Made by a program: the position numbers and the translations under genes. Below, in pieces: positions 1 through 13,830 of a stretch of DNA of 64,000 bases. The notes under the pieces were generated by a model. That model had not been told where the DNA came from. It saw nothing but the letters and a program-made list of their open reading frames with translations, and made no database searches. The stretch lies in the NCBI RefSeq assembly GCF_038025025.1, contig NW_027117338.1:992001-1056000 (forward strand). The letters are read 5' to 3'. The DNA is from Phyllosticta citribraziliensis. Taxonomy: Eukaryota. The first letter of the stretch is position 1. Each line of letters starts with the position of its first letter.

Positions 1-52
1 TCCGGGACGCGGCTCGCGTCTCAATCTTCCGCTTCATGCTAATTGCCTGTAG

Positions 53-555
53 TCCTCATTGTCCCCAATCTCGTACTCCTGTTAACAACACTGCTTACGG
101 CTCCCTTCACCAATTCGATCTTTCTATGGATCCCAAGGGAAGCCCGTCGCTCCCATGAAAACCTCATGCGTTATCTGAAAACGCTCCCTCAATCAGCCCG
201 CATAGATCTCATCACCATGCGTCTCTCTGGACTGCACAAAACCACGCGCACCACGTTGGGTGAATTGCGCGAGTTCCGCGGCGGTTTTGGTGCTGCAAAC
301 TGGGTTCGCGTTCCTCCCAAAGCTTCAGTCTGGGCGGCAGAAGAGCGGCGAATGAGAATGGGGTTTGGGCAGCGGATCATGGCGCTGTTGAAGGAACCGC
401 GGAACAGATTTGCGATTGACTTGAGAGATGGAAAATCCGGGTCGAGGTCGCGGGTGCCGGGCGTTGTGGAGATAGTGGCACAAAAAGTCAAGAGGAATGG
501 GTTTGTCAAGGCAGGAACCTGGAGTGAGGACTTGAAGAAGGTCTTCAGGGGGTGA
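53..555 (+). CDS. Last exon of a hypothetical protein with a hydrophobic segment; gene starts upstream of the window
   Basis: Branch GCTAAT (38-43) and TAG acceptor at 50-52 precede an open frame (LIVPNLVLLLTTLLTAPFTNSIFLWIP...) ending TGA 555; family not recognised. Confidence 0.65.
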
Positions 556-851
556 TGTCGTTCAGTTGGGGTGAGATCAGGGGGTTGTGTCTGGATCAGT
601 GTGATCAAAACAATAGGGAGGCGTGCAATGACAATATTTGCAAGGCAAACATCTCCGAAAAGCTCCAGCACATGCATGTAGCCTCAGAGTGTTCTACTAA
701 TGATTCTGCCCGTCAAATTGGTGATGCGAGTGTGGTACCATCCAGGTGCTCAGTACCTCATGCCGGTATCGGACGCTATTGGTCAATGCGCGAGCTTCCC
801 CAGAAAATATTCGGCACGCGCGTTGTCCCGCATCAACACACCATCGCAACA

Positions 852-2128
<1,277 letters not shown>

Positions 2129-2480
2129 GACCTCGGATAGGTCTGTTTTTGTAGGATTTGACGATGGGTCATGATGGGATGAGCTATTCGTGGGCACGAA
2201 TATCGTATGAGTGCCCAAAAAAGAAAGACTTTTGGCCGTTCATAGAGCTTTGGACAATCCAGAGAGCGTAAAAGTAGGTAGCAGTTGCAGCTCCGTAGCA
2301 GCACTTGGCTGTCCGTGATGGCAACCAATCTGCATGGTCAAAATGGGAGGAACACTGGTTTCAATCACCAAATGGAAAATTGGTCCGCACCAGGAGACCT
2401 CCAACATCAGAAGCGTGATTGGAATTCATTAATTCTTCAATCCATAATCATAACAAGTCCAACTCGACCTACGTCCCCAT

Positions 2481-3415
2481 TCAACCCCTGCGCCTGGTGC
2501 TGGGGCCTTTCGACTTGCTGGCAGTCGCAGTCGAGGTCGCCGACGGGGTGCTTGGTTGACCAGCCGCGATGGGCTTCTCGGTCTTCTTGCTTGCAGTCTT
2601 CTTACCCGAGGGGCTGTTCCAGTAGTACACCATCTGGAAAGCAAGGATGCAGTTGAGCACGAAACCCGAAACGAAACCGTACAGGACCAGCGTGTCGTTG
2701 ACCTCCTGAAGCGTGGTGAAGATGCGGGAGAGAGAACCAAGAAGGTAGTTGAAGACCTGCACGCGGGATGTCAGTTGGGGTTTGCCTTTCGTTGGGGGAA
2801 GAGAGCGTGTCCTACCGCGAAGGCGCTCAGTTGTCCAGTGCTGCCTTGCTCGTAGTTGGCCACGATCTGGGGAGCCTTGCTCGCGATACCGAGCACGCCG
2901 GCGGCCGCCTGCAACACAGCCATAGTCTTGGGGTCGACAATGCGCTGGTCAAACAACGCGTATCCCGCGGCCGCGAGGCCAGCTACCCAAACCGCAGCGC
3001 CTGCGCTCTTGCGCTGGTAGTGCAGCACCAGCGCCGCGATGGCGACGTTTTGTACCAGGATGAAAGCCGTCTCGCCAAATGTGCTGAACGGGAATCCTTG
3101 GCGAACATTGTATGCCAGGCTTATCAGGTAGCTGCTGGTCTCGAGCAGGTAGCTCAGGAAGCTGATTCCCTCGGCGGACTGGCTGTTGACGAGCTTGATC
3201 AGCTGTGGGATCTTGACAATGGAGCTAGCCCCGATGATGCCGATCCCAAGGCCTTTGCTGATTGCAAGCTTGACGCATTCTGGGGACGCGGCCGGGTCGA
3301 TGTCGAGGATCAACGTCTTGTAGCAGGAGGTGCCGAGGAGAGTGACCCCAGTTTTGAAGATAGGCTTGGGGAGTTTGTGCGTAATCGGCTGGAGAGCGCT
3401 TCGTAGGGCGTCCAT
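2481..3415 (-). CDS. PQ-loop protein, mannose-P-dolichol utilization defect 1 (MPDU1/Lec35) homolog, ~291 aa
   Basis: Exons 3415-2816 and 2756-2481; two PQ motifs (VKIPQLIKL, SKAPQIVANY), GQLSAFAVFNYLLGSLSRIFTT, multiple TM segments. Confidence 0.9.
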
Positions 3416-5592
3416 GTTGCTGGCGTGGAGGACGAGCGAGAGCCAGAGGGCTGTGAAGACTGGGGAGGAAGATAGGGCTGGTTCCAAAAGTTTACGCAAC
3501 CTGGTCTGGAAGTTTTGTGCCAGGGTGATTCGCGTTGAGGGCGGTGTGAGCTCCCACCCAGGCATGCTCGGCGCGTTTCTCCCCCGCGAACTCTGACCCG
3601 ACACCCACTTTGTTTCCCCCATCTCTTTGCACCGCACTTCGTCCGCTCGATACGTTTTCGGTTTTTCGGTGACTTCTCTGGTGCCTGCTCTTGTCCACCC
3701 AATAGTCTTTCCGGCGATGTCGTCTCAAATCGACTTGGAACTCGAGAGGTTGGAATTCATCCAACTGGCCCGCAGAGGTCCTTGGACACAACTCTTAGTG
3801 CTTCGTTGCACCCAGGAACCTGCCGTTACCACTACAGCTACAACTACAATGCTGCCACGTTTCTGACCCCTCGACGTGCTACTCGCCTGAAGAAGTGACT
3901 ACAGCCTTCTGATTCGGAGACGAGGCATCAAAGTCCATGATCGACCGTCATTCGTGGCTGCCAAGCCATTTCACAACTCTCTGAGATTTCTTTGGCGCCC
4001 AGGCAGACTTCAAATGCTTTGTTCCTCGGATCCGATCACCAGGCTTGATCAAGAGACCATCTCCGGGTGTCGAGGAATCCCTGACCATGCTGCAGGCTTT
4101 CTAGAATCGAGTCCTACTCTTCTGTTGTGCCTTGAGAGATTGGTGCAGGTCCTCTGCTGGTTGTCACGATTATATTTTGTGAATTGATATCTTCATCCAG
4201 TTGGCTCAAGGGCTGGAGCCCACGGAGAAAGCCTTTCGCGTCTTGACCTGGTCGCACTTTGCAAGCACTTTCCCACTGATCCCGCGCTCCAAGGTCTGGC
4301 AGGAAACCCGCAGCACATACGAAAATCAGTCGGAAAGCAGGTAAGGAGTATTTCTATGTATGCTTCAGCAGACTATTGGAAGGAAGCATTTGGGCTTTCC
4401 TGCACCAAAGCATTCAGGAGCATTCAAGAGCATCCAAATATCGAAGGGGCCTCAACGCGGAGCGGAGCGTTCGAGCTCAGATTTGCGAGACTCCAAGATT
4501 CATGCGCTACGAATTGATCGCCAAGCTTCGCTCCAAACCAACAAGCTGGTCGTCCGCTCACCCCTCAAGCAATAAGGCAGATGAACGTGTTGACTGAGGG
4601 TGCCTCGGTAGACAAGCGGTTACTCCAAAGACCAACTTCGGAAATGTTTGCAGAACTAAATGGATAGCATGAGGTCAGGATCGCAGGGCCAACAACACAC
4701 TGGCCAATCGTTTTCCGGAAGAGCACGCTCGCGCCGGTTTGGGCCACTGATGTCTGTCTGCATCTGCAAAGTCCACGAAAATGCAATGCCGACCGAGATC
4801 ACATCCTGTGCAAAGCAGAACATTTTCCCGAGTACGACTTGCCAACAAGAACCACATCTTCCAGGATTTTAAAAACGTTTGACAGCCACGGCGCAGCTTT
4901 TACCTGGTTTTTGACGGACTAACAGTGCCACGGCTATGGGTTAGGCCGGCCCGGCGAGTCCTTCTGCAGGCTGCCCTGTCGCTAGCTGAACGTCCCCACC
5001 CCCTTTCTGCATCTTCTCCGTCGCAGTGTGACGATTGCTTTTTCGAGCCCAGAACTAGACACGATCGTTGCCACGCGGCGCTGACACTTGTACGTAAACC
5101 ATCATGCTACCAAGGCTGATGAACGTGGCAGTCGGACCTCATTTTCTCTAGCGACTGACACGAAACAGTCTGGTTTGTCGTTATGACGACTTGCTCGCGA
5201 CTGGCGCAGATCCCGCGCGTGTGGCTGCAGCTCAGCTGCTTTTTGGGAGGGTCCCTCTGCGGGTCTTTGCATTCACCACATCCATGTGGCTGGTTGTGTG
5301 CGAATCATTGCGCGTGGTTCTGGCGCTGTCCACCCAGAAGCGGTGCTAATGTTAGGACTGTGCTAGAGGGTGGCTGCCGTTTCTGGACCGGCTAACCGCC
5401 ACATGCACCATCCTCTGCCTTCACGGCACATCGGCTGATGGGCCAAAGGCGCAGTTTCTCGCTACTACCCAATGGCTGAAGTGGTGCGGTACAAGTTGCA
5501 TGCCTTGTGGATATAAGGGGCGGTACTTTCACGTCCTTTTTTTCTTGCAGTCTCTCAACCCCAGTCACTCCTTCTCTACGATTCAATCCATC

Positions 5593-6864
5593 ATGCATAT
5601 TTCCAAACTTGTCGCTCTTGCGGCGTCTGTCTCTACGGCTGCTGCGCAAATCAAGGGGTTCAACTACGGTGCAACTTTCTCTGACAAGTCTGTCAAGCAA
5701 CAGGCAGATTTTGAGAATGAGTTCAAGACTGCTCAGGGGCTTGTTGGCGCCAGTGGCTTCGCCAGCGCTCGTCTCTATACCATGATCCAAGGCGGAACTA
5801 CGAATGCTCCCATTTCGGCCATCCAGGCAGCCATCAATACCAAAACGTCACTCCTTCTCGGTCTTTGGATATCGGCAGGCCCGGACAGCGTCAACAATGA
5901 GGTCGCCGCGCTCAAAGCAGCAATCACACAGTATGGAACGGCCTTCACGGACCTCATCATTGGCATCTCGGTCGGGTCCGAGGACATGTATCGCGAAACG
6001 CCCGAGGGGATTGCCAGCAACGCAGGACCCGGAGTGCAGCCCGACCAAATAGTCAGCTACATCCAACAGGTCCGCGATGCCATCAAGGGCACGACTGCGG
6101 CATCAGCGCCCATTGGACATGTCGACACGTGGACGACGTTTGCGAATGCCACGAACAGCCGTGTCATCGCGGCCTGCGACTGGCTGGGCATGGACGCCTA
6201 CCCGTACTTCCAGAGTGCCATGGAAAACACCATCGATAATAGCAAAAGCATCTTCTACGATGCTCTCGGCCAGGTCCAAACGGCCGCCTCGGGCAAACCT
6301 GTTTGGATTACTGAGACTGGGTGGCCCGTCTCCGGAGCCACGCTGAATAAGGCCGTCGCGAACGTCGAGAATGCGAAGAAGTACTGGGACGAAGTCGGCT
6401 GCTCGCTCTTTGGCAGCACCAACACCTGGTGGTACACGCTGCAAGACGCAGCGCCTGTCGACATCCCCCTTCCCTTTGGCATCGTTGGGTCGACGCTCAG
6501 CACCACGCCGCTCTTTGACTTGACCTGTGGCTCAAGTGTGTCCAACTCTTCCTCCACTCCTTCTGTCTCTTCTTCTTCCTCAGCTGCCCCCATGAGCACG
6601 TCGGCATCGCCCGTTGCTTCTGCTCCTGTCGCTGACCACGCTTCGCAGGCAGAAAGCGGCGCCTCAGCAGGAGGCGCGTCGGCTCTGCCCAGCAGCCCCG
6701 TGGGCGGTAACGCTGCTGCACCGTCTGCACCTGGTGCCACCACTCTCTCTAATGCTGAAGGCCTGACGGCGCCTAGCGTTGGGACCAGCACGAACGTCGG
6801 CAGCGATGGTGTCACTACCATCTTGGTTGTCACGATGGAAACTGTGTCTGCCTGCCACGCATAG
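5593..6864 (+). CDS. Secreted GH17 endo-beta-1,3-glucanase, EglC-like, with Ser/Thr/Ala-rich tail
   Basis: Signal peptide [51 protein letters not shown] (GH17 catalytic Glu motifs); TATA-like ATATAAG at ~5511. Confidence 0.92.
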   Translation: MHISKLVALAASVSTAAAQIKGFNYGATFSDKSVKQQADFENEFKTAQGLVGASGFASARLYTMIQGGTTNAPISAIQAAINTKTSLLLGLWISAGPDSVNNEVAALKAAITQYGTAFTDLIIGISVGSEDMYRETPEGIASNAGPGVQPDQIVSYIQQVRDAIKGTTAASAPIGHVDTWTTFANATNSRVIAACDWLGMDAYPYFQSAMENTIDNSKSIFYDALGQVQTAASGKPVWITETGWPVSGATLNKAVANVENAKKYWDEVGCSLFGSTNTWWYTLQDAAPVDIPLPFGIVGSTLSTTPLFDLTCGSSVSNSSSTPSVSSSSSAAPMSTSASPVASAPVADHASQAESGASAGGASALPSSPVGGNAAAPSAPGATTLSNAEGLTAPSVGTSTNVGSDGVTTILVVTMETVSACHA

Positions 6865-7293
6865 ATGGCGGGGTAGCTGCGGTGTATGTGCAGATCGTGC
6901 GTCTATCGAAGTGGCCGGATCAGCCTCTATTTCGATTCCTGGCGCCTGTATTATCACCTTTGTACCTACTTTCTTTCTCCGCATGGAGCATTTGATTGCA
7001 TAGCGACGTGCCAAACTCAACAATTATACCTGCAGGCTTATCAATTCTACTTGGTTGTTCTTGTTGTTAATAGCAGGATGAACATACACAAATCTTCTTC
7101 GTCTCTTGTCTCCACGGCTTCCCCTTCGACCTGGCTCATGTCATTTCAGTGGTGTTCAATAACTCACAATAAAAGTGTAAAGGAGAAGAGAAAAGAGTTT
7201 TAGACATGCATCCGCGCACAACACTTCATAAACATAATAATCTGCCCGCCTCCTCAACAATCAGCAACAGCTGCCGATTCAAAGTCATCCACT

Positions 7294-7399
7294 TCTTCCG
7301 TGGCGCAATTGGCTAGCGCGTCTGACTGTTAATTCGATTGCTCCACAAGAGCAATTGATAGCAATCAGGAGGTTGACAGTTCAAGCCTGTCCGGGAGAG
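7294..7399 (+). tRNA. tRNA-Asn(GTT) with 32-nt intron (7332-7363)
   Basis: Acceptor TCTTCCG/CGGGAGA plus G discriminator; D arm GCGC-AATTGGCTA-GCGC; anticodon stem TCTGA/TCAGG with GTT at 7328-7330; T arm GACAG-TTCAAGC-CTGTC; intron after position 37. Confidence 0.95.
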
Positions 7400-7409
7400 T
7401 TTCTTTTTT
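7400..7409 (+). terminator. RNA polymerase III terminator (T-run) of tRNA-Asn
   Basis: TTTCTTTTTT immediately after the tRNA 3' end. Confidence 0.8.
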
Positions 7410-8129
7410 GGCCTTTCGCCACGATCACTTTTTTGTTCTGTCCGAGGGGAAGTGAAGCAATTGCGGGGTGAGGTGGGGCGCCTTGAGGCGCGGCGATGCG
7501 CTGGTGGACCGGGCGTCGTGTTGGTCGGGCCGGCTGACGATGCTGTGTGTCGTGGATTCGTTGTTGTGGTCGGTGGTCGGTCCCGTCGATTCGGCTGCTG
7601 TTGGATGTCGATGAACGGTGGAGAGAGTGGACAGCTGGCAGGGATAGGTTGGACAGTCGGGTGCGCAGGGGCCATGGGGCTGTCAGGATGGACTAGGGGG
7701 AATGGGACTGGGATGGAGTGTTTAGCTGATTTGCTGTTTGGAGTATGAGATAGGCGCGAGAAAAATTGCTGGAGCTTGCAAAAAGAGAGGGCAGCATGCA
7801 GTGTTTATGCAGTGTTTGAGAGTGAACGGAAGACCAGCCGCAGAAAATTGCCAACTTGGCTGCTTGTTGCAAATCGGGGTATTCAAGGCGAAAGCAACTC
7901 AAAAGCGAAGGAGACCTTTTGAGATGAACGTTTGAATGGTCATGTACAGAAGAATTCCATCTACCACGTTGCAGTCGTTTGCCCATGCATCAGTCTATAG
8001 TCTACTTCTACTCTTCCAAACACCTTTTGTCCCGTCACATCACCATGGCCCGCCTCTTTCGCACCACAAACCCTGGGTCTATTTTCAACCCCTTTCGAAC
8101 GCATCAACAGTCCGTCTACCCTGATCTAT

Positions 8130-10043
8130 CTACCTACTCAATCGCTTCTCACGGATGAACCACGCAGCCACAGCAGCGCCTGCAACGAGCGCGACTCCGA
8201 GACCAAACGCAGCCTGAGTGCCCTTGGCATAGCAGTCGCGGACGACGGCCTGCAGATGGGGGCCGAGGGTGTCGATGAAGGAGATGCTCTGGCGGACGCG
8301 CTCAGCGATACGGGTGGCATCCTCGCCGGTGCCCAGGGCCGCTGTCAAGTGTGACCGCAGCGAGTCGTTGACCAGCGTCGCCGCGATGCTGACGCCAAAG
8401 ACGGAGCCCATGCTGCGGAAGAGGTACGAGCACGCCGTTGCGACGGCTTGGTCCGAGTGCGAGGCATTGGCGACTTGGGAGCGAGGTCAGTATTTGGTCT
8501 TTGTGGGAAAGAGACGAGGACTTACTTAGTGCTATCAGGGAAGTCGTCACTCCAATGCCGTTGCCTATACCGGAGATGCAGAGTCCGACCATCATTCCCG
8601 CGATCGAGCTCAAGCCGACAACGCCTGAAAAGAATAGCAAAGCGGCAGCGCCGATTGTGAGCGTCGAGTACGCGATGATGGTGATGTAGTAGTATTTGCC
8701 GGTGCGCTGCATGTAGAAGCCGCCAAACAGGCTGCCAGAGACGCCGCAGATGATGGCCGGGATGAGGCGAAGGCCCGCCTGCGTCGCCGAGTCGCCATTG
8801 ACGACCTGGAAGTACAGCGGCACGTAAAACAACGCAGCCATGTATCCCCCAAAGGCGCAAAAGTTGCAGATGTAGCTGGCAAAGAGGCTGCGCTCGAAGA
8901 TGATGTGCCCAGGAGCAAAGGGCTCGGCCGCAATCTTAGTTTCAACAAAGATGAATATGCAAAATAAGGGAACCGAGCATGCCAGGGAAATGATGGCCAG
9001 CTTGTTTTTCCATGAGACATTGGAGCCGCGGTCAAGGCCAAGCAGCAGCAGGAAAACGGCTGATATGAGGATGAGGGCCCCGAGGAAGTCGATGCGGCCG
9101 AGCTTGGCTTTCCAGTGCGATTCGGCGCGCTTGGGAAGCTTTAGAACGAACGAAACAGCGAGGATGGCCACAATGCAGAGAGGCGCTTGGAAGAGAAAGA
9201 CCCAGCGCCATCCGATGCTGTCGGCGAGGATGCCGCCCAAAGGTGCGCCAGTTGAGGCTCCTGTGGCATAGACAATGTTGATGTAGCCTTGCCATTTGCC
9301 ACGCTCGCGCAGAGTAACGATGTCAGACATCATTATCGACACAACAGTCGTCATGCCGCCACCGCCTATGCCGGCAAAGGCGCGGGCGATGACCAACTCG
9401 TTCAAGGAGCGGGCAAGACCACACCAGAGACAGCCAATGCCAAAAATGATGTAGGCAAAAAGAAGACATGACTTGCGGCCGAAGATGTCGGACAGTTTCC
9501 CATAGAGAGGCTGGAAGGAGGTCAGGGTGAGGAAATATCTGTACCGTGTTAGCAGCGTGCCAATCTTAGCTTTGTTTTTGACCTACGCTGTAGCTATCCA
9601 CGAAGTATTATTCAGAGCGCCCAGGTCCGATCCAATGCGGCCATAACTCGACACGATGATGGTCTGGTCCGCCGCAGAAAGGAAAATCTACCTGATGGTT
9701 AGATTCTTCCACGCGCTTCACATTGAGATTCCAAACTCACTCCTACAGCCACAGCGGGCAGGATGTACTTTAGCCTCTTCTTTACATCGGGCAGTCCTTC
9801 GTAATGTTTGGATGTTCCCCCATGGCTCTCATTGCTTATCTGCCTCTCCAGGTCCGCCTCTTGCTCGTCCCGAGGTATTGTCTCCCCTTCACCTTCGCGA
9901 CTCTCAATCGTGCCAGCCCGCGAGTCAATCGGCCGCGGCGGCACATATCTCAGCCCATCCGAGTTGTAGAGCAATGGTGAGTCCTCGGTTGGTTCGACAT
10001 GGTCGTTGTCGTCGTAGGTGGGGTGCGACCCGGTGGGAGGCAT
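8130..10043 (-). CDS. MFS transporter, DHA2/VBA-like 14-TM family, ~586 aa, 4 exons
   Basis: Exons 10043-9741, 9687-9587, 9538-8526, 8473-8130; [57 protein letters not shown]. Confidence 0.92.
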
Positions 10044-11093
10044 GATGGCGCGGCGGGATGGCGGAGCGATGCTCTATCGAGGACGGAATCGTCGTTGCTA
10101 AGGGTACTTTACGGTATCGACGAGGGCATGTATGTTCACGCCTTTCTTCAGCCGATTACGACACGGGGATCCTCTGGAGACTCTGCCTGAGGGCGCGGTA
10201 GCTGACGGAGCGGTTCGTTTGCGTCTTTATTTTGGAGACGGGCAGGCGGCGCACTGGGCGGTGTCCACAAGGCTACAAGGATGGCATCGGAGGAGACCAC
10301 TGGCAAGCCCACTTCCCACGACGACGCCGCTTTTGATTAGTCGATTAATCAGTGCAATTCGGGATCAACAAGACGTGAGCCGTTGGGTTCTCGGCAGAAG
10401 TGTGGTCGCTTGCTTACCCCCCACCATCATTTGATCTGCCAGCCGCACAACATCCACAGACAAGTCTCAAAGTCCGGAGAGGTCGCACTCTCGGACCACT
10501 CGCGCATTGAATCAAGCGTTGTAGCATGGCCGTTGTCGACAAAGCAGAGACGTCCGTTGTGGCACGGAACCTGAGTCGGATTGCGTGCTGCCTCTGCCTC
10601 GGACATACCCGCACATCGGCCGGTTATCGCCTCTTCCCATGCCGCTAAGCTTATCGGGAAGGCTTCGACTTGAGCAAAAAAGATCGCACCCAACATGGCA
10701 ACATGGCAAACTTCTCGGCGAACATATCGTCCATCTCAATCGTCTTTTTCCTCATCTTTTCATACTCATTTGCTCATACATTAGGCAGCGTCTTGGCAAA
10801 TTTGAGACAGGAACCCAACACGTAGGCGGAAAATAGGCATCTAAGCGTCGATCCAATCGCTCGTGAGGAAGAGAAAAAATGGAGAGGAAAGAAAGGGCAC
10901 GCACCCCAGAGAACTGTTCCAGGCTTGCCGTATACCGCAGTACGCCGTCGAAATGCGCAGCATCCGCCATAAATACAAAAAAGCCTCAGCCCAGCGTGGC
11001 TCTCAACCCCGACATCAAGCGGTCCTCGTGCCTTCGTTTTAGCCTGGTTGGCTGGCTTGAATAAATGAAAAAATAACTGTCCGCATCAACGCA

Positions 11094-13519
11094 TCACAGC
11101 TTGACGCCCCAAACGCCTCTTCCGCCACTTACCCCCAGCCACTCGCCTCCTTGTTGCGTCAGTCCGCTCTGCGGTGCCCAGCTCAGATTGCCGACTTCAT
11201 AGTCACACCGCCAGCTGGCTGCCGGTCCCTTGAGGTTGATGCCGCTTGGGTACTGCGAGCTAGGAGTAGTGCTCCCGTTTTGGCCACTGTCGATATTGCT
11301 GACGGCGGCGCCGTTTTGCGAATGCAAAAGGTCCCAGACGAGGACGAGGTTGTCGTCTCCACCAGAAGCCAGCATTCCCCGCCGCGTAGGTGACCACTCG
11401 ATGCTGTTTACAGGTGCGTGGTGGCCACGAAGCTCAAGGAGGGCTTGCCCCGGTTGCCGCACATCTAGGATTCTGATGATTTTACTGTCGGCTGCAAAAG
11501 TGGCCAGTAGGTGCGCATCATGAGGTGAAGCTGCCAATCTCAAGAGCGGAGGTGCATATTGCATCACTTGTTGAGATTTCGTGGGGGATACTCGTCCAGG
11601 AGAAGCTGTTGACCTCGTCAGAGAAATCCCGCCATTGCAGGGTCTTTTCAGCCTACCTCTCTCTTCCTTCTTCTCAGTCGGTTCGTAGATGATCGTCGAG
11701 TGTTCTAGGCTGCGGAGGTCAAACATTCTGACGCTGCCGTCTGCTCCACAGCTGACAAAAACATCAACGCTGCCAGCGCAGAACCGCACGTCGTAGACTT
11801 CCTTGTCATGGGCAATCAATTGCGTCTTGGCTGTCAGCGTCGGAATGTCCCATATTGTGCAAGTCGTGTCGATGCTCGACGTGATGATGAGCTTCGGGGA
11901 TAGCGTATTCCAGTCGAGGGAGGTGAGGGGAGCAGTGTGCTCTGGCGACTTTGAGTTGGACAGGAGCGCGAGAGGCGTCAACTTTTGGGGAGGAGGATCT
12001 CGGCTGGACATTGGGCGCGTTATGGTGTTGCTGACATTGGCCGTCGTTGACTGTGGCAGCGACCACAACCGAAGATGGTCGCCCGAGGTGGCCAGCAGGT
12101 CGGTGGATTGTTTGGACGAGGAGGGAGGTTCCCATAGTATGCGGGTAACAGGGTATGAGCACGTCGCCTCGGCCACACGCGTATACTCAAGCCCAAAGGC
12201 TGGAGCGCCCGGAGAAGTGACTTCTTGAGGTGTTATATGGGTATCAAGAATTTGAATCTAGGTCGCACAGTCAGCGCTTCTGCATGTCACGGTCTGCGGG
12301 CCGAGCTACGTCTGTGCAAGCCAAGCAAGGTATGGAAGCAAGTCTCGGGCAAGGCATGTCCATCCTCACCCGTGAAGCCCGCTCCTCAAAGCCTCATCCG
12401 GCGGCATTGCCTCGACCACGTCCTAGCCCCGAGCGCCATTGTACTCACGAAATTGTGTGGATCCTCCAGGTAGCTACCAATGGCAATCTTGCCAGCGCTG
12501 TTGGCGCCTTGTACGGGCCACTTGCACCAGTCGAAGGCGTACATGGCCCATGGCGCCAGATAGTTGCTGTTCCCGGGCGGGCGGCTGTCCAGCTCGGAGA
12601 AGAGAGAGGTACCGACGGCGCCGTCGTCGCCGACGTTTGAGTTCGCTCTGGGCCGTATGTCTGTCAGGGCGAGGGGAGAGTTGGAAGCAGCGCCGGCTTG
12701 GGGCGTCTGTGGCTGGTAATGTCTCGATGGTTGGCTTGGCGTCTGGGTGTACTTGGGGGCTTCGGGCGTCTGGGCGGTCGAGGAAAAGGGAATGTATTTT
12801 TGGTCCAGGACGGTAGGGCTCGATCGCGAGTAGCTATGTTGGGCGGAGGACGAGGACGAGTGCGAGGTATTCATGGTACTGGATCGCGTGGGTAGGGTGT
12901 ACTGCTGGGCGTTTGTGTTGATCTGGGGCACGGTGGTTGGCGCGGTATAGGATGAGGAAGGGCCAGGGCGTGGCTGCGCGCCTGCTTGCAACGGCGCCGG
13001 CACTGGCACCTGTACCGGTACTGGCACCTGTTGGGTCGTGTTTGTGGGCGACTGGAAGTCGGGCATGGCGCTCCCCGGATTGGCGTACTGGTCGGGTGAG
13101 TTGTACAGCTGCTGCTGGGTCGACGACGTGTGGGGAGCAACCGTGTTCGGTATGTGCAGCTCTTCGGGCGCCGGCCTGACCATGTGGGTAGTAGCGGACG
13201 ATGCTGGAGTCTGCCTCGTACGTGACGGCGCGTCGTAGGGCGAGCCTGCTCCTCGCGCACCAGCAGAGATGGTCCCGCTGATGAGGTTATGGTTTGGAAG
13301 GCCCGATGAAGAAGACGACGGTGGGGCAGTATGAAAGCCAGGGTCGTTGCCGCTGCCGGGGAGCAGAGCGTCGGTACCAGCCGTCGTGATGCCAGATGCG
13401 GCGGCGCGAAGGTTGCCATGCGGAGACCCTATGGCGCCCAGAGCCTGCGACGCCTGAAAGATTCCCGTCGCCGCGCCCTGCGATGAGCTGGCGCTGTGGT
13501 GGTGCGAGTGGAACGGCAT
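11094..13519 (-). CDS. WD40-repeat protein, DCAF7/WDR68/An11 (YPL247C-like), with long low-complexity N-terminus, ~727 aa
   Basis: Exons 13519-12449, 12257-11657, 11605-11094; LLATSGDHLRLW, APLTSLDWN, TSSIDTTCTIWD, KTQLIAHDKEVYDV, DGSVRMFDLRSLEHSTIIYE. Start codon uncertain. Confidence 0.9.
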
Positions 13520-13830
13520 GGGGGCCGTGGGGAACTGCGATGCGGTCGGCTTCAGGATCGAGTAGAGGTAGTGACAACGGCCCAGGAGTAGCTCCAGAAG
13601 GTATCTGGTGGCCAGAGAAGAGGGTACTCGGCGTGTAAGGTAGGGATAGTGGGATTGAGGCCACGCGCTGACTGTACAGTACGCCGGCGCAACGACCTAT
13701 GAAGCAGTCAGGGCAGCGCGGGGGGCCACCGCCCTGGTGAGGTGGGTGGGTTCCTCGTTGTTCATGCCCAACCTCTCCTTGCTTTCAGCTTCAACTCGAC
13801 TCGACTCGACTACCTACGGTACTTCTCAAC

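Noticed and set aside
3416..3637. In-frame N-terminal extension of the MPDU1-like ORF (TTG 3637, ATG 3565)
   Set aside because: The family-like sequence begins at MDAL (ATG 3415, CAACATGG context); the extension looks like leader or promoter.
5500..5592. Longer start for the GH17 ORF at ATG 5500
   Set aside because: It lies upstream of the TATA-like box and would bury the signal peptide starting at 5593.
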